The notes: a model not told the origin generated them from the sequence alone. A stretch of 64,000 nt of DNA from Pseudomonas marincola (GCA_036960775.1 JBALWO010000001.1:162334-226333); one strand, 5' to 3'. Shown: positions 35,901 through 45,976, numbered from the stretch's first letter. Numbers and translations: made by a program.

Positions 35901-36785
35901 ATGATAATCGTGTTTGGCTCCATAAATATTGACCAAGTGTATCAGGTGGGCAAATTACCTGCGCCAGGAGAGACTGTGCTGGGATCTGGATACACGCAGG
36001 TGCCAGGTGGTAAAGGGGCTAATCAAGCCCTTGCTGCGCGGCGGTCTGGGGCAGAGGTTGCGATGGTCGGTTGTGTTGGTGGTGATGCTAACGGAGATCT
36101 GGCTCTGGCGCTCATGAAAAATGATGGCGTCAGTCTGGATCATATCTCAAAATGTTCTCTTCCGACAGGGTGTGCTTCAATCTGGGTTGATGGTCAGGGC
36201 GAAAATAGTATCGTGGTTTATTCAGGTGCAAATGAACAAGCAAGGGCAGAGCAAGTTTCTTTGGATCAACTCGCATCTTGCGGCCTTTTGCTTCTTCAGA
36301 TGGAAGTTAATGCCGCTGAAAATTGGAAACTTTTAGAAATTGCTAAACGCCAGAATGTACCAACATTGTTAAACGTAGCGCCTGTTGGATCTGTTCCAAC
36401 GAGCGCCTTACATAATCTAGATTATCTCGTCGTCAATGAAATTGAAGCGGCTGAACTGGCACGGCAACATCACCTCGACCCTAAAGATGAAGAGGCGCTA
36501 GCCCTTATGTTTGCGGAGAAGTTTGATCTTTGTTGTCTCTTAACATTAGGTGCCCGTGGTGTATTTGCCGCAAACGGCGGTCAGATTACCAGGGTCGCAG
36601 CAATGGATATAACACCTGTGGATACCACTGCGGCTGGGGACAGTTTTATCGGTGGATTTGCTGCAGCTATCTCTAAAGGGAATTCGCTCGAAAATGCGTT
36701 AGAGTATGCGACAAAAGTAGCAGCTCTAACTTGCACTAGATTGGGCGCGCAATCGAGCATACCTTTCATTTCGGAAGTTACCTAA
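35901..36785 (+). CDS. rbsK: Ribokinase (PfkB family)
   Basis: 'GSINID', 'PGGKGANQA', 'VVNEIEA', 'DTTAAGDSF'. Start set to ATG 35901. Confidence 0.85.
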   Translation: MIIVFGSINIDQVYQVGKLPAPGETVLGSGYTQVPGGKGANQALAARRSGAEVAMVGCVGGDANGDLALALMKNDGVSLDHISKCSLPTGCASIWVDGQGENSIVVYSGANEQARAEQVSLDQLASCGLLLLQMEVNAAENWKLLEIAKRQNVPTLLNVAPVGSVPTSALHNLDYLVVNEIEAAELARQHHLDPKDEEALALMFAEKFDLCCLLTLGARGVFAANGGQITRVAAMDITPVDTTAAGDSFIGGFAAAISKGNSLENALEYATKVAALTCTRLGAQSSIPFISEVT

Positions 36786-36911
36786 ATACCAATGGAGTAA
36801 TCAGGGAAATGATAAAGTTGCGACTAAAGGACTAAAAAAATGTAATCGTAATTATAATATTGATTTGTGCATCAAGAAAATATTATAAAAAGGAGTGTGT
36901 AGAACTTAGTC

Positions 36912-37688
36912 GTGGTTAAGGGGGGTGAGTTTGTGTTGAATTTAGTTGAACGAGGATATTCACGAGCGGGCATTAGTGGCCGCATTGTCCATGAATTAGG
37001 ACGAGACATTGTCCGCGGTGTGTATAAGCCTGGTGAACGATTGCCTAATGAGATGGCGTTCATTAACCGGTTTAGTGGTAGCCGTACGGTAATCCGGGAA
37101 GCCTTCCGTGTGTTATCAGCTAAGGGTCTACTAGAAGCACGGCAGCGTGCAGGAACCAGTGTGCGTTCCAGATCTTATTGGAATCTATGGGATCCTGATG
37201 TTTTGTCTTGGCATTCTGCTCAGGATTTAGATGAAGATACAATTCGCCAATTGTTTGAACTTAGAATGATCGTGGAGCCCGAGGCAGCACGTATGCTCAC
37301 CCAGAAAAGGCAGATTGTCAGCGCAGTGGCTGTGCTTGAAAAAAATTACTTTCTGATGGAGCAGGCGTGGGATGAAAAAGATTTTGAGAAAGTTAAAAGT
37401 CTCGAGATCGCTTTCCATCTGACGCTCATTGATTATTGCGGTAATGAATTCCTTGTGCGCTCCCGATATGCAGTTCAATTAATTTTGCAGCATTGCCAAC
37501 ATGTCTTATCTGGTAATGGAGATAAGGCTCTTGGCGCAGCCCGTTGGTATAGCTTGATTTTAGACAAAATTAGGCATGGGGATGCTGATGCAGTAGCAAG
37601 TACCGTCAAATCTTTGGTCGTGAGAGACCGTGAATTGATAGATCAAGCGACTAGTCACGGGACCCAAAGCGCCAGCGAGGTTGCCTAA
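36912..37688 (+). CDS. GntR/FadR family regulator
   Basis: 'YKPGERLPNE', 'SRTVIREA', 'WNLWDPDVLSW', 'LFELRMIVEPEAA'; start may be GTG 36933. Confidence 0.9.
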   Translation: MVKGGEFVLNLVERGYSRAGISGRIVHELGRDIVRGVYKPGERLPNEMAFINRFSGSRTVIREAFRVLSAKGLLEARQRAGTSVRSRSYWNLWDPDVLSWHSAQDLDEDTIRQLFELRMIVEPEAARMLTQKRQIVSAVAVLEKNYFLMEQAWDEKDFEKVKSLEIAFHLTLIDYCGNEFLVRSRYAVQLILQHCQHVLSGNGDKALGAARWYSLILDKIRHGDADAVASTVKSLVVRDRELIDQATSHGTQSASEVA

Positions 37689-37702
37689 AAAGTCGGCTGA
37701 CG

Positions 37703-38347
37703 TCATTCGGAACTACTGTTGATCCTGTAGGCTTCGTGAATTTGATCGGCGTTGTCTATATCGACGTTCAAATCACGAAGCAAGCCGTCCTGCAAGCCGT
37801 AAACCCAGCCGTGGACAGTAAGTTCTTTTCCATTCCGCCATGCCTTTTGGGCGATAGTCGTTCTGGCAACATTGCGGACTTGTTCTTCAACGTTCAGCTC
37901 ACACAGCCGATCAATTTGTTCTTGTTGCGTTGGCAGTCCTGTTATTTCTGAGTAATGTTGCCTGAGGACATCTTTGATATTGGCAAGCCAGTTGTCGATT
38001 TGCCCATGGTCGGTATCTTCTAATGCAGCCCGTATACCGCCGCAGTTGTAATGACCTGTAACAATAATATGTTCAACTTCAAGAACTTCTACTGCGTATT
38101 GAATGACAGCAAGGCAATTTGCGTCACTATGGGGGACAACATTTGCCACATTGCGGTGAACAAAAAGTTCGCCCGGGTCCATGCCGACAATTTCATTTGC
38201 AGGGACACGACTGTCAGAGCACCCAATCCACAAATAATTTGGCGTTTGAATGTCGTTTAGTTTGCTAAAAAATTGATCATCCATAGCGAGTTTGCTACGG
38301 GCCCACTCAACGTTCCGTTTGAAAAGATCTTTTGGAGTTGGTTTCAT
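37703..38347 (-). CDS. can: Beta-class carbonic anhydrase
   Basis: 'WIGCSDSRVP', 'FVHRNVANVV', 'GHYNCGG'. Start set to ATG 38347. Confidence 0.95.
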   Translation of the reverse strand: MKPTPKDLFKRNVEWARSKLAMDDQFFSKLNDIQTPNYLWIGCSDSRVPANEIVGMDPGELFVHRNVANVVPHSDANCLAVIQYAVEVLEVEHIIVTGHYNCGGIRAALEDTDHGQIDNWLANIKDVLRQHYSEITGLPTQQEQIDRLCELNVEEQVRNVARTTIAQKAWRNGKELTVHGWVYGLQDGLLRDLNVDIDNADQIHEAYRINSSSE

Positions 38348-38467
38348 TTGGCGCCTCTTAAAGTCGGAACATGAATACAGGTGTCTTTTGCATCGCATAC
38401 ATACTGTGACTATAAAAAAAATCAAGGCAATCGCATATCAAAAAATGAATTGAAGAGAAAAAGTTTC

Positions 38468-38512
38468 ATATGATACAAAAATTATTGATTTATTTTTAAA
38501 ACTGTATCATAT
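38468..38512. promoter_or_regulatory. PaaX-type operator upstream of paaA
   Basis: ATATGATACA-N25-TGTATCATAT, i.e. TGATAC-N27-GTATCA; same geometry as the E. coli PaaX site TGATTC-N27-GAATCA. Confidence 0.7.
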
Positions 38513-38532
38513 TAACTAAAGCAATACAGGAA

Positions 38533-39501
38533 GTGGATGTGATGGCGATGGAAAAAGTCGATATGGAGCTTGAAAAAGCTTTTCAAAGCAAAATTGATGC
38601 TGAGCTTAAAATTGAACCAAAAGACTGGATGCCGGATGCTTACCGGAAAACTTTGGTGCGTCAAATGTCGCAACACGCCCATTCAGAAGTCGTTGGTATG
38701 TTGCCCGAAGGTAATTGGCTGACACGCGCCCCGTCCTTGAAAAGGAAAGCCATTTTGATGGCCAAAATTCAAGATGAAGGTGGGCACGGGCTTTATTTAT
38801 ATAGCGCCGCTGAAACACTGGGTGTCTCTCGTGATGAAATGTATGAGCAACTTCACAGTGGTAAAGCGAAGTATTCTTCTATTTTCAACTACCCAACTCT
38901 AAACTGGGCCGATATCGGCGCTATTGGATGGCTCGTTGATGGGGCGGCTATTACCAACCAAATCGCCTTGTGTCGGTGTTCTTACGGTCCTTACGCTCGG
39001 GCCATGGTTAAGGTGTGTAAGGAAGAAAGTTTCCATCAACGCCAAGGCTACGAGATCATGATGAATATGTCGAACGGCACGAAGGAACAAAAAGAAATGG
39101 CGCAGGACGCCATTAATCGGTGGTGGTGGCCTGCCTTGATGATGTTTGGGCCTCATGACAAAAATAGTGATCACACCAGTCAATCCATGACATGGAAAAT
39201 CAAACGGACATCTAATGATGAGCTGCGCCAACGTTTTGTTGACGCGACCGTTCCGCAGGCAAAATATCTGGGTCTTACAGTTCCAGATGACAAACTGGCG
39301 TGGAATGAAGAGACGCAAAGTTATGATTGGGGCGAAATCGATTGGGACGAGTTCCGAAATGTTGTTGCAGGGAACGGGCTTTGCAATCGCGAAAGATTGC
39401 AAACGCGCCGCGATGCTCATGACGGTGGTAAATGGGTCCGCGATGCAGCGCTAGCATACGCTGAGAAACAAAAGAAACGTATGGCTGATAAAGCCGCTTG
39501 A
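38533..39501 (+). CDS. paaA: Phenylacetyl-CoA epoxidase subunit A
   Basis: '[16 protein letters not shown]', 'QHAHSE', 'QDEGGHG', 'EESFHQRQG'. Confidence 0.97.
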   Translation: MDVMAMEKVDMELEKAFQSKIDAELKIEPKDWMPDAYRKTLVRQMSQHAHSEVVGMLPEGNWLTRAPSLKRKAILMAKIQDEGGHGLYLYSAAETLGVSRDEMYEQLHSGKAKYSSIFNYPTLNWADIGAIGWLVDGAAITNQIALCRCSYGPYARAMVKVCKEESFHQRQGYEIMMNMSNGTKEQKEMAQDAINRWWWPALMMFGPHDKNSDHTSQSMTWKIKRTSNDELRQRFVDATVPQAKYLGLTVPDDKLAWNEETQSYDWGEIDWDEFRNVVAGNGLCNRERLQTRRDAHDGGKWVRDAALAYAEKQKKRMADKAA

Positions 39502-39517
39502 AGTGAGGAATTAAAAG

Positions 39518-39817
39518 ATGTCTGAGAGTAATACTACAAGTGAGCTTCCTCTATATGAAGTGTTCATCCGAAGTAAAAATGGATTGCATCACAAACACGC
39601 GGGCAGCCTGCACGCACCGGACGCCGAAATGGCCCTGACGAATGCCAGAGATGTGTATACGCGCCGAAGTGAAGGGGTGAGTATTTGGGTTGTTAAAGCA
39701 ACGGATGTTGTGGCTTCTAGCCCTGAAGATAAAGGGAACTTCTACGAGCCAAATGACGACAAATTGTATCGCCATCCAACATTTTACAACATCCCTGACG
39801 AAGTCGGACATATGTAA
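39518..39817 (+). CDS. paaB: Phenylacetyl-CoA epoxidase subunit B
   Basis: 'LYEVFIRS', 'HAGSLHAPD', 'ARDVYTRR', 'YRHP'. Confidence 0.96.
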   Translation: MSESNTTSELPLYEVFIRSKNGLHHKHAGSLHAPDAEMALTNARDVYTRRSEGVSIWVVKATDVVASSPEDKGNFYEPNDDKLYRHPTFYNIPDEVGHM

Positions 39818-39841
39818 GCTGAAAGAGCAGGAATAGAAGTT

Positions 39842-40600
39842 ATGAATGACAATGAAATACTCTTTGAGTATCTGCTACGGCTTGGTGATAACTGCGCAAT
39901 TTTAGGTCAACGTTTGGCCGAATGGTGCGGTAAAGCCCCTGTTCTTGAAGAAGAATTAGCCCTAATGAATGTTGGTCTCGATCTTGTTGGACAAGCAAGG
40001 CTGTTACTCGATTATGCCGGTAAAGTTGAAGGTGCTGGACGGGATGAAGATCAATTGGCCTTTTTCCGGGACACGCAAGAATGGCGTAATTTTCTATTGA
40101 TCGAGCAACCAAATGGAGATTTTGCCAAAACAATGGCGCGCCAAATGATCTTCGATTGCTTCCAGTATCTCCAATTTGAAGCCCTAACAGCTTCAAAAGA
40201 TAAAACACTTTCTGAGATCGCAGCTAAATCCTTGAAGGAAATTACCTATCATCGCCGCCACAGTAGTAACTGGGTGATCAGGCTTGGTGATGGTACCGAA
40301 GAAAGCCATGCAAAAATGCAGGCTGCTATCGATGAACTTTGGGGATTCATTCCTGAGATGTTTGACATGGATGCAGTGGAAGAAGCCATGGTCGCCGCAG
40401 GTATTGGCACTGACGTCAGCGCTTTGCGCATCCGTTGGGATGAAATGATTAATTCCATTCTGAGCGAAGCGACTTTGCAGCGACCTGAAGATACTTGGTC
40501 TGTTCGGGGAAGCCGCGAGGGTAAGCACTCAGAGCATCTAGGGTTTTTGCTTGCTGAAATGCAGTTTCTGCCACGTGCATATCCAGACGCAAAATGGTAG
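39842..40600 (+). CDS. paaC: Phenylacetyl-CoA epoxidase subunit C
   Basis: 'LRLGDN', 'EWCGKAPVLEEELA', 'KEITYH', 'EMQFLPRAYP'. Confidence 0.96.
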   Translation: MNDNEILFEYLLRLGDNCAILGQRLAEWCGKAPVLEEELALMNVGLDLVGQARLLLDYAGKVEGAGRDEDQLAFFRDTQEWRNFLLIEQPNGDFAKTMARQMIFDCFQYLQFEALTASKDKTLSEIAAKSLKEITYHRRHSSNWVIRLGDGTEESHAKMQAAIDELWGFIPEMFDMDAVEEAMVAAGIGTDVSALRIRWDEMINSILSEATLQRPEDTWSVRGSREGKHSEHLGFLLAEMQFLPRAYPDAKW

Positions 40601-41106
40601 AGACCGCCACATTTCCGGCAGCCCCGGTATATGACGATCAAAGCATCCGAAAAGTGCTGGAAATGGTTAAAGATCCAGAGATACCGGTGCTGACAATTGA
40701 AGACATGGGAATTGTTCGGCAAATTGAATTTGGACAAGAAAGCATCCAAATTTCAATTATGCCGACATATTCGGGATGTCCCGCGATGGATGTCATCGCG
40801 GAGGATGTAAAGTCTATGCTTGTTCTTCACGGATATAAAAATATCGAAGTGAAAACTGTATTATCTCCCGCGTGGTCTAGCGATTTCATTTCAGAAAATG
40901 GCAGAAAATGTTTGGAAGAGTACGGCATTGCGCCTCCGGCGTCTGCTGGAAGTAAGGCGGCCATGATCGGCATAGACGCGGTCGCTTGCCCGCAATGTAA
41001 ATCAATAAAAACCAAAGTCGTGAGTGAGTTCGGCTCAACTGCTTGTAAGGCGTTATACAAGTGTGAAGATTGCTTGGAACCGTTCGACTATTTCAAATGT
41101 GTTTAG
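40594..41106 (+). CDS. paaD: Phenylacetyl-CoA epoxidase subunit D
   Basis: 'DPEIPVL', 'PTYSGCPA', 'CPQC', 'FGSTACKALYKCEDCLEPFDYFK'. Confidence 0.96.
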   Translation: MVETATFPAAPVYDDQSIRKVLEMVKDPEIPVLTIEDMGIVRQIEFGQESIQISIMPTYSGCPAMDVIAEDVKSMLVLHGYKNIEVKTVLSPAWSSDFISENGRKCLEEYGIAPPASAGSKAAMIGIDAVACPQCKSIKTKVVSEFGSTACKALYKCEDCLEPFDYFKCV

Positions 41107-41116
41107 GATACCTTAG

Positions 41117-42196
41117 ATGACTATTTTCCATTCCTTGAAGATTGCAGAAGTAATACGTGAAACTGACGATGCTATTTCCGTTGAGTTCGAAATTCCTGCG
41201 AACCTAAAAAGTGACTACTTGTTTATCCAAGGGCAGCATTTGACTCTTAAGACAGATGTGGCAGGCGAAGAATTGCGCAGATCCTATTCGATTTGTAGCG
41301 CTGTCGGAGACGACACTCTTCGTGTCGCGATCAAACAAATAGATGGTGGTAAATTTTCGACCTTTGCCAACGAAAATCTGAAAGCTGGTATATCTGTTGA
41401 CGTAATGATCCCGCAGGGAAGGTTTTTTACACCGTTATCTGCAAGCAATCAAAAAAATTATCTTGCTGTTGCCGCAGGAAGCGGGATAACGCCAATATAT
41501 TCAATTATCAAAACAATTCTGCAATCAGAACCAAACAGTAAAGTTGCACTTATTTATGGCAATCGTAGAACCTCCAGCGTGTTGTTTTTAGAACAATTGG
41601 AAGATCTGAAGAATACTTATGGAGAGCGACTAAATTTACTCCATATTTTAAGTCGCGAGTCTCAAGATAGTGAGATTTTCAATGGACGTATAGATAAGCA
41701 AAAATGTTTAGACCTTTTTGAAGGTCCTTTGGCCAATTCCCAATTTGACGATGCGTTTCTATGCGGTCCTGAGCAAATGATTACGGATGTGACAGAGGTT
41801 CTGCAACTGAATGGGCTTTCCAAAGATAATATTCATTTTGAACTGTTCATTACTGACGCCTCTATCGCCGCGTCGAAAGCAGCAGAAAACTCATCTACTT
41901 CTGTTTTCTCTGGTCCTAAACACACAGTAAAGGTCGTCATTGATGGACGGACAAGCGAAGTGATTATTCCTGAAGAAGGGGTTTCAATCCTTGATGCAGC
42001 ACTTGAAACAGATATTGATCTCCCCTTTGCCTGTAAAGGCGGTGTGTGTAGCACTTGCCGTGCAAAAGTTGTTCAAGGAAAAGTCCGTATGGATTTAAAC
42101 TATGCCTTGGAAGATGACGAAGTGGCAGAAGGATTTATTCTGACTTGCCAATCTCACCCCTTGACAGATGATGTGATCGTTGACTTTGACGCTTAA
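41117..42196 (+). CDS. paaE: Phenylacetyl-CoA epoxidase reductase subunit
   Basis: 'RRSYSICS', 'AGSGITP', 'CGP', C-terminal ferredoxin 'PFACKGGVCSTC'. Confidence 0.96.
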   Translation: MTIFHSLKIAEVIRETDDAISVEFEIPANLKSDYLFIQGQHLTLKTDVAGEELRRSYSICSAVGDDTLRVAIKQIDGGKFSTFANENLKAGISVDVMIPQGRFFTPLSASNQKNYLAVAAGSGITPIYSIIKTILQSEPNSKVALIYGNRRTSSVLFLEQLEDLKNTYGERLNLLHILSRESQDSEIFNGRIDKQKCLDLFEGPLANSQFDDAFLCGPEQMITDVTEVLQLNGLSKDNIHFELFITDASIAASKAAENSSTSVFSGPKHTVKVVIDGRTSEVIIPEEGVSILDAALETDIDLPFACKGGVCSTCRAKVVQGKVRMDLNYALEDDEVAEGFILTCQSHPLTDDVIVDFDA

Positions 42197-42251
42197 ATTA
42201 AAAATTTAGGATATATTCATTTTCATCAGGCAAAAAGACAATATGATGGCC

Positions 42252-42275
42252 CTACCCGGCGATAACGCTGGGTAG
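42252..42275 (+). terminator. Hairpin downstream of paaE, possible weak terminator
   Basis: CTACCCGGCG-ATAA-CGCTGGGTAG; poor U tail. Confidence 0.4.
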
Positions 42276-42293
42276 ATATTGGGGGGACCAAAA

Positions 42294-43964
42294 TTGTCTG
42301 GTAAAAATAGAAATACAGCCGTTTACTACGAGCTTGACGGATATACAACAACACAGAAAAGACTACTTGGACGTCAAGTTGCAGGGGAGAGTTTTCTCCG
42401 TGGTTTTGTGAAATCCGCAGACGTGGATGACTTCTATTGCTTCACAGATTATCCCGACAAATTTGAAGCCTTCACCAATCAAGTCACTGATTATAGAGAA
42501 AAGCCCCTAAAGACTTCATGGGTTAGCCCGCTTACATTGAATAAAATGGATGATGTCGGATGTCTCTTCTATTCCGGCCCTGGACTTGAGTCTCTTGGAT
42601 GGCAGCGCAGGCACGTGGGGCAGGCAGCCTACAGTCTTTGCGGAATGACACATACAACCTGTTCCAAAGAAGCCATGCAGGCCTTTGGCGGACTTATTAC
42701 CGGACCAATTGAAGAGTGGGATGCGGTTATTTGCACATCCAACTCTGTTAAGAAAACCATGGAATACGCGCTGGATAACTGGGCGGAGTATTTAGGATCC
42801 AGAACTGGATCGAAACCAAAGATACGCGTGCAATTACCGCTGCTTCCCCTTGGTATCAATTGCGACGAGTTTGATAGGCCCGATAGCGCTGATGCTTATG
42901 TGAAGTCTTTTAAAGAAGAACATAAAATTGGCAAAGATGATGTTGTTGTTTTATACGTGGGCCGATTGGCATCTCATGCAAAAGCTCATCCGCTTCCCAT
43001 GTACCAGGCTTTAGAGAAAGCGGCGCAGAAAACGAGCCGGAAAATACATTTGGTGCAATCGGGTTGGTTCGCAGCCGATGCGATTGAATCCCAATTTAAA
43101 GATGGTGCACGGAAATACTGCCCGTCAGTGAACGCCATCTTCATTGATGGACGAGTGCCAGACACCCGAAAACATATATGGCACGTGGGCGACATTTTTA
43201 CGACGCTTGCCGATAACATCCAAGAAACTTTTGGGATTACCCCGTTGGAGGCAATGGCGGCCGGTATGCCGGTTGTCGCGACAGATTGGGATGGGTACCG
43301 TGAAACCATTCGGGATGGTGTGGATGGTTTCCTTGTCCGAACCACTATGCCAGAACCCGGCACAGGACGCCCTTTGGCATATCGCTACCAAGTGGGTTAT
43401 GACAGTTATGACCGTTATATCGGTCAGGTTAGTTTATTTACAAATGTAGACACGGACCATTGCGCAGATGCATATTTGAAATTAATCGACAATCCAGATC
43501 TTCGCCGAAAAATGGGCGCCGCTGGTAAAAAGTTGGTAATGGAAAAATATGACTGGGGAGTGTTAATTCCGCAATATCAAGATCTTTGGGCTGGTCTCGC
43601 TGATCGCCGCGGAGCTGCTAAGTCAGAAAAAATTACAATTCCTGTGCCGCTAGTCGATGATCCTTTTGCATCATTTGGCCATTATCCAACGCAACTTATG
43701 CAGCCTTCGACCCGTTTAAGCCCTGCGGAGGGTGAGCGTAAGAGCATTAACTTCTATCTTAAAGATCCCTTAGGCGGTGGTGCTGCGCATTTAATGCCAA
43801 CCGAAGAAGTTCTGGAAAAAATACTCAGTACTATTGAGGCTGAAGGTGAGTGTAGTATTCTCGAGATTGCTCAAAAGTTCCAGTTAAGGCCGGATAGAAT
43901 GATCCTGTTTGCAGGATGGCTCGCCAAAATGGATTTGGTGAAAGTGCTCGCCGAAGAAAAATAA
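42294..43964 (+). CDS. Glycosyltransferase family 4 with a C-terminal extension
   Basis: GT-B motifs 'LYVGRL', 'DNIQETFGITPLEAMAAGMPVVATDWDGY'. TTG start at 42294 (after GGGGGA) or 42279. Confidence 0.88.
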   Translation: MSGKNRNTAVYYELDGYTTTQKRLLGRQVAGESFLRGFVKSADVDDFYCFTDYPDKFEAFTNQVTDYREKPLKTSWVSPLTLNKMDDVGCLFYSGPGLESLGWQRRHVGQAAYSLCGMTHTTCSKEAMQAFGGLITGPIEEWDAVICTSNSVKKTMEYALDNWAEYLGSRTGSKPKIRVQLPLLPLGINCDEFDRPDSADAYVKSFKEEHKIGKDDVVVLYVGRLASHAKAHPLPMYQALEKAAQKTSRKIHLVQSGWFAADAIESQFKDGARKYCPSVNAIFIDGRVPDTRKHIWHVGDIFTTLADNIQETFGITPLEAMAAGMPVVATDWDGYRETIRDGVDGFLVRTTMPEPGTGRPLAYRYQVGYDSYDRYIGQVSLFTNVDTDHCADAYLKLIDNPDLRRKMGAAGKKLVMEKYDWGVLIPQYQDLWAGLADRRGAAKSEKITIPVPLVDDPFASFGHYPTQLMQPSTRLSPAEGERKSINFYLKDPLGGGAAHLMPTEEVLEKILSTIEAEGECSILEIAQKFQLRPDRMILFAGWLAKMDLVKVLAEEK

Positions 43965-43969
43965 CAATA

Positions 43970-44001
43970 TCGGTGTGAGCCTGATAAAAGGCTCACACCG
44001 A
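43970..44001. terminator. Perfect 13-bp hairpin between the convergent glycosyltransferase genes
   Basis: TCGGTGTGAGCCT-GATAAA-AGGCTCACACCGA. Confidence 0.75.
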
Positions 44002-44005
44002 CTAG

Positions 44006-45235
44006 TTAGGTATTCTTTGCGGCAGATTGACGGCGCTCGGCTAAGGAAATATCCCGATCCTTAAAGCGAAGCTGGGCAAGTCGGTTTACGTTCGTTAAGC
44101 CATCCAGAAGACCTGGTATAACGACGTCTGAGGGTTTGCTTTGCTGGCAAAGCTGTTTTAGCGCTGTCCCCATGGTCGCAGGCGCACGGACGTCATCATC
44201 AATTAGCACACTTATCAAGCCCAGTTCAGCGGCTCTAGTTGCCCGAATATATTGTTCCAAACGGGGGACCGTTCGCGGTATAATCAATGTCCGCTTATTC
44301 ATGGACAGAATTTCACAGAAAGTGTTGTAGCCGCCCATGGCAACAACTGCAGATGCTTGATCCATTAAGCTTTCAAGATTATTGTTAAAGGTAACAGATT
44401 TTACTTGAGGGAGTTTACTAATCCGCTCTCTAAAGCTGGCCTGTAAATCCGGTGGCATAAAAGGGCCAAGCACTAATAAGGCATTTAAGGGGAGATCAGT
44501 CTCTGTCTCGTAGGCACTCAGCACCCAATCAATCAAAACATCGCCGTCACCGCCACCGCCAACTGTCACGAGCACATAGGGCTCATCAATTTCTTCTAGT
44601 ATGGCAGGGTCTGTTGACGGCTGGACTTTCCGCGGAAGGTAGCCTGTATAAGAAACTTTACGTTTTACATCAGCCGGTAAATCAACACCTTTTAAAGGGT
44701 CGTAAAGTTGCTCGACACCGAAAATCCAAATGTCATCGTAGTAATTTTTCAGTGCCGTAAGAACATTTTTACGCTTCCATTCGGGTACAAGAAGGGAAGG
44801 GTCATCGAGGACATCACGAAGGCCAAGCACAAGTTGCGTGCCATTGGCTTTGAGAACTTCAAGAGTTTCAGCAACTTCACCTTTGAGGCCAAAGGGTTCT
44901 TTATCGACGATGAAGATATCCGGATCGAAAGTCTCTGCGGTGTGACGAATGATTGAGGCTCTCATAGCCAGTGTTTGTTCTGTATCGATGTGCAGGCTGA
45001 GTGACGTATACTCGCCGTTTCGCAGTTTGATGATGCCCGGGATACGAACGAAATCAACTCGAGCTTTGAAATCAAAACTGCCAATGATCGGGGAGCCTGA
45101 GAGAATAAGAACGGACAAATTTTGATTTTGTTCAACAAGCGCGTGAGCAAGGGTCCGACACCGTCTTAAATGGCCAAGGCCAAAAGAGTCATGACTATAA
45201 ATTAAAATACGTCTTGCGCTGCCGTCTAAGGACAT
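44006..45235 (-). CDS. Predicted glycosyltransferase (GT28 C-terminal-like, COG4671 type)
   Basis: 'YSHDSFGLGHLRR', 'VTVGGGGDG', 'MGGYNTFCE', 'EQYIRA'. Confidence 0.85.
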   Translation of the reverse strand: MSLDGSARRILIYSHDSFGLGHLRRCRTLAHALVEQNQNLSVLILSGSPIIGSFDFKARVDFVRIPGIIKLRNGEYTSLSLHIDTEQTLAMRASIIRHTAETFDPDIFIVDKEPFGLKGEVAETLEVLKANGTQLVLGLRDVLDDPSLLVPEWKRKNVLTALKNYYDDIWIFGVEQLYDPLKGVDLPADVKRKVSYTGYLPRKVQPSTDPAILEEIDEPYVLVTVGGGGDGDVLIDWVLSAYETETDLPLNALLVLGPFMPPDLQASFRERISKLPQVKSVTFNNNLESLMDQASAVVAMGGYNTFCEILSMNKRTLIIPRTVPRLEQYIRATRAAELGLISVLIDDDVRAPATMGTALKQLCQQSKPSDVVIPGLLDGLTNVNRLAQLRFKDRDISLAERRQSAAKNT

Positions 45236-45784
45236 TTAGCCACCCCTGAAAACCAATTTAGTCCACGTTTATATTTTGCTCACTTCGGTATACCGTCCTG
45301 TGCACAAGAATGCACTTACAAAAACAGATTTATCGAAATCTGATTGATAGAGATTCTTTCGCGAACATCTGAATTTCGAAAATAAACTCAAATAAAGTAC
45401 TATAATATGCTTTTTATTAGAAATTATTTAAATTAGTAATTAGTTGTATCTATTTTTTGTATATCGCCGGCTCACAAATTCAAATTATATATTAAAACAA
45501 CTTCTTAATAGGTAAATCAGCATTAACTAAAAAAGAAAAAACAAAATAAGTAAATTTTTCATTAAGAAAATGTAATGACATAAAACATAAAATATTATTA
45601 TGGTTTTATGGCTTTCCACATTCAAATTTATAGCAGCGAAGCAATTAGAAATCAGGTTTCCTTAAAGATAATTTGAACAGGTATTATGGTTATAATTTTA
45701 GTTTTTTGGGTTAATCAGCCTCATTGTTATTAGAATGAAAGAAGGCAAAAATTTGAAAGTAATTAACACTTATGGGAGTGATAT
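45236..45784. promoter_or_regulatory. AT-rich divergent control region between the glycosyltransferase and the Flp pilin, with near-consensus CtrA boxes
   Basis: About 550 bp without an ORF; GTAA-N7-TTAAC at 45512-45527 and TTAA-N7-TTGAA at 45662-45677. Confidence 0.45.
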
Positions 45785-45976
45785 ATGATTCATTTTATTG
45801 ATAAATTTTCTGCGGATGAAAGTGGTGTGACTTCGGTGGAGTATGCCCTTCTTGCTGCAGCAGCTTCAGCTACGGTCTTAATCGCAGGGGGAGCCTTCTA
45901 CGATAAAGTTAGTGCTGCATTGCAAGCAATAGCATTAGAGCCAGTCGCAGATACGGGCAGTGGAAGCGGATTTTAA
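45785..45976 (+). CDS. flp: Flp family type IVc pilin
   Basis: Leader 'DESG|VTSVEYALL' with G(-1), E(+5), Y(+6) and a hydrophobic helix; RBS GGGAG. Confidence 0.92.
   Translation: MIHFIDKFSADESGVTSVEYALLAAAASATVLIAGGAFYDKVSAALQAIALEPVADTGSGSGF

Noticed and set aside
36860-36875. FNR-like site TTGAT...ATCAA upstream of the GntR gene
   Set aside because: The spacer is 6 bp, whereas FNR/FixK sites need 4 bp. It may be another operator but is unsupported.
42252-42281. RNA-thermometer-like hairpin occluding the GT4 ribosome-binding site
   Set aside because: A better RBS (GGGGGA) and TTG start at 42294 lie outside the hairpin, so it is more simply a paa terminator.
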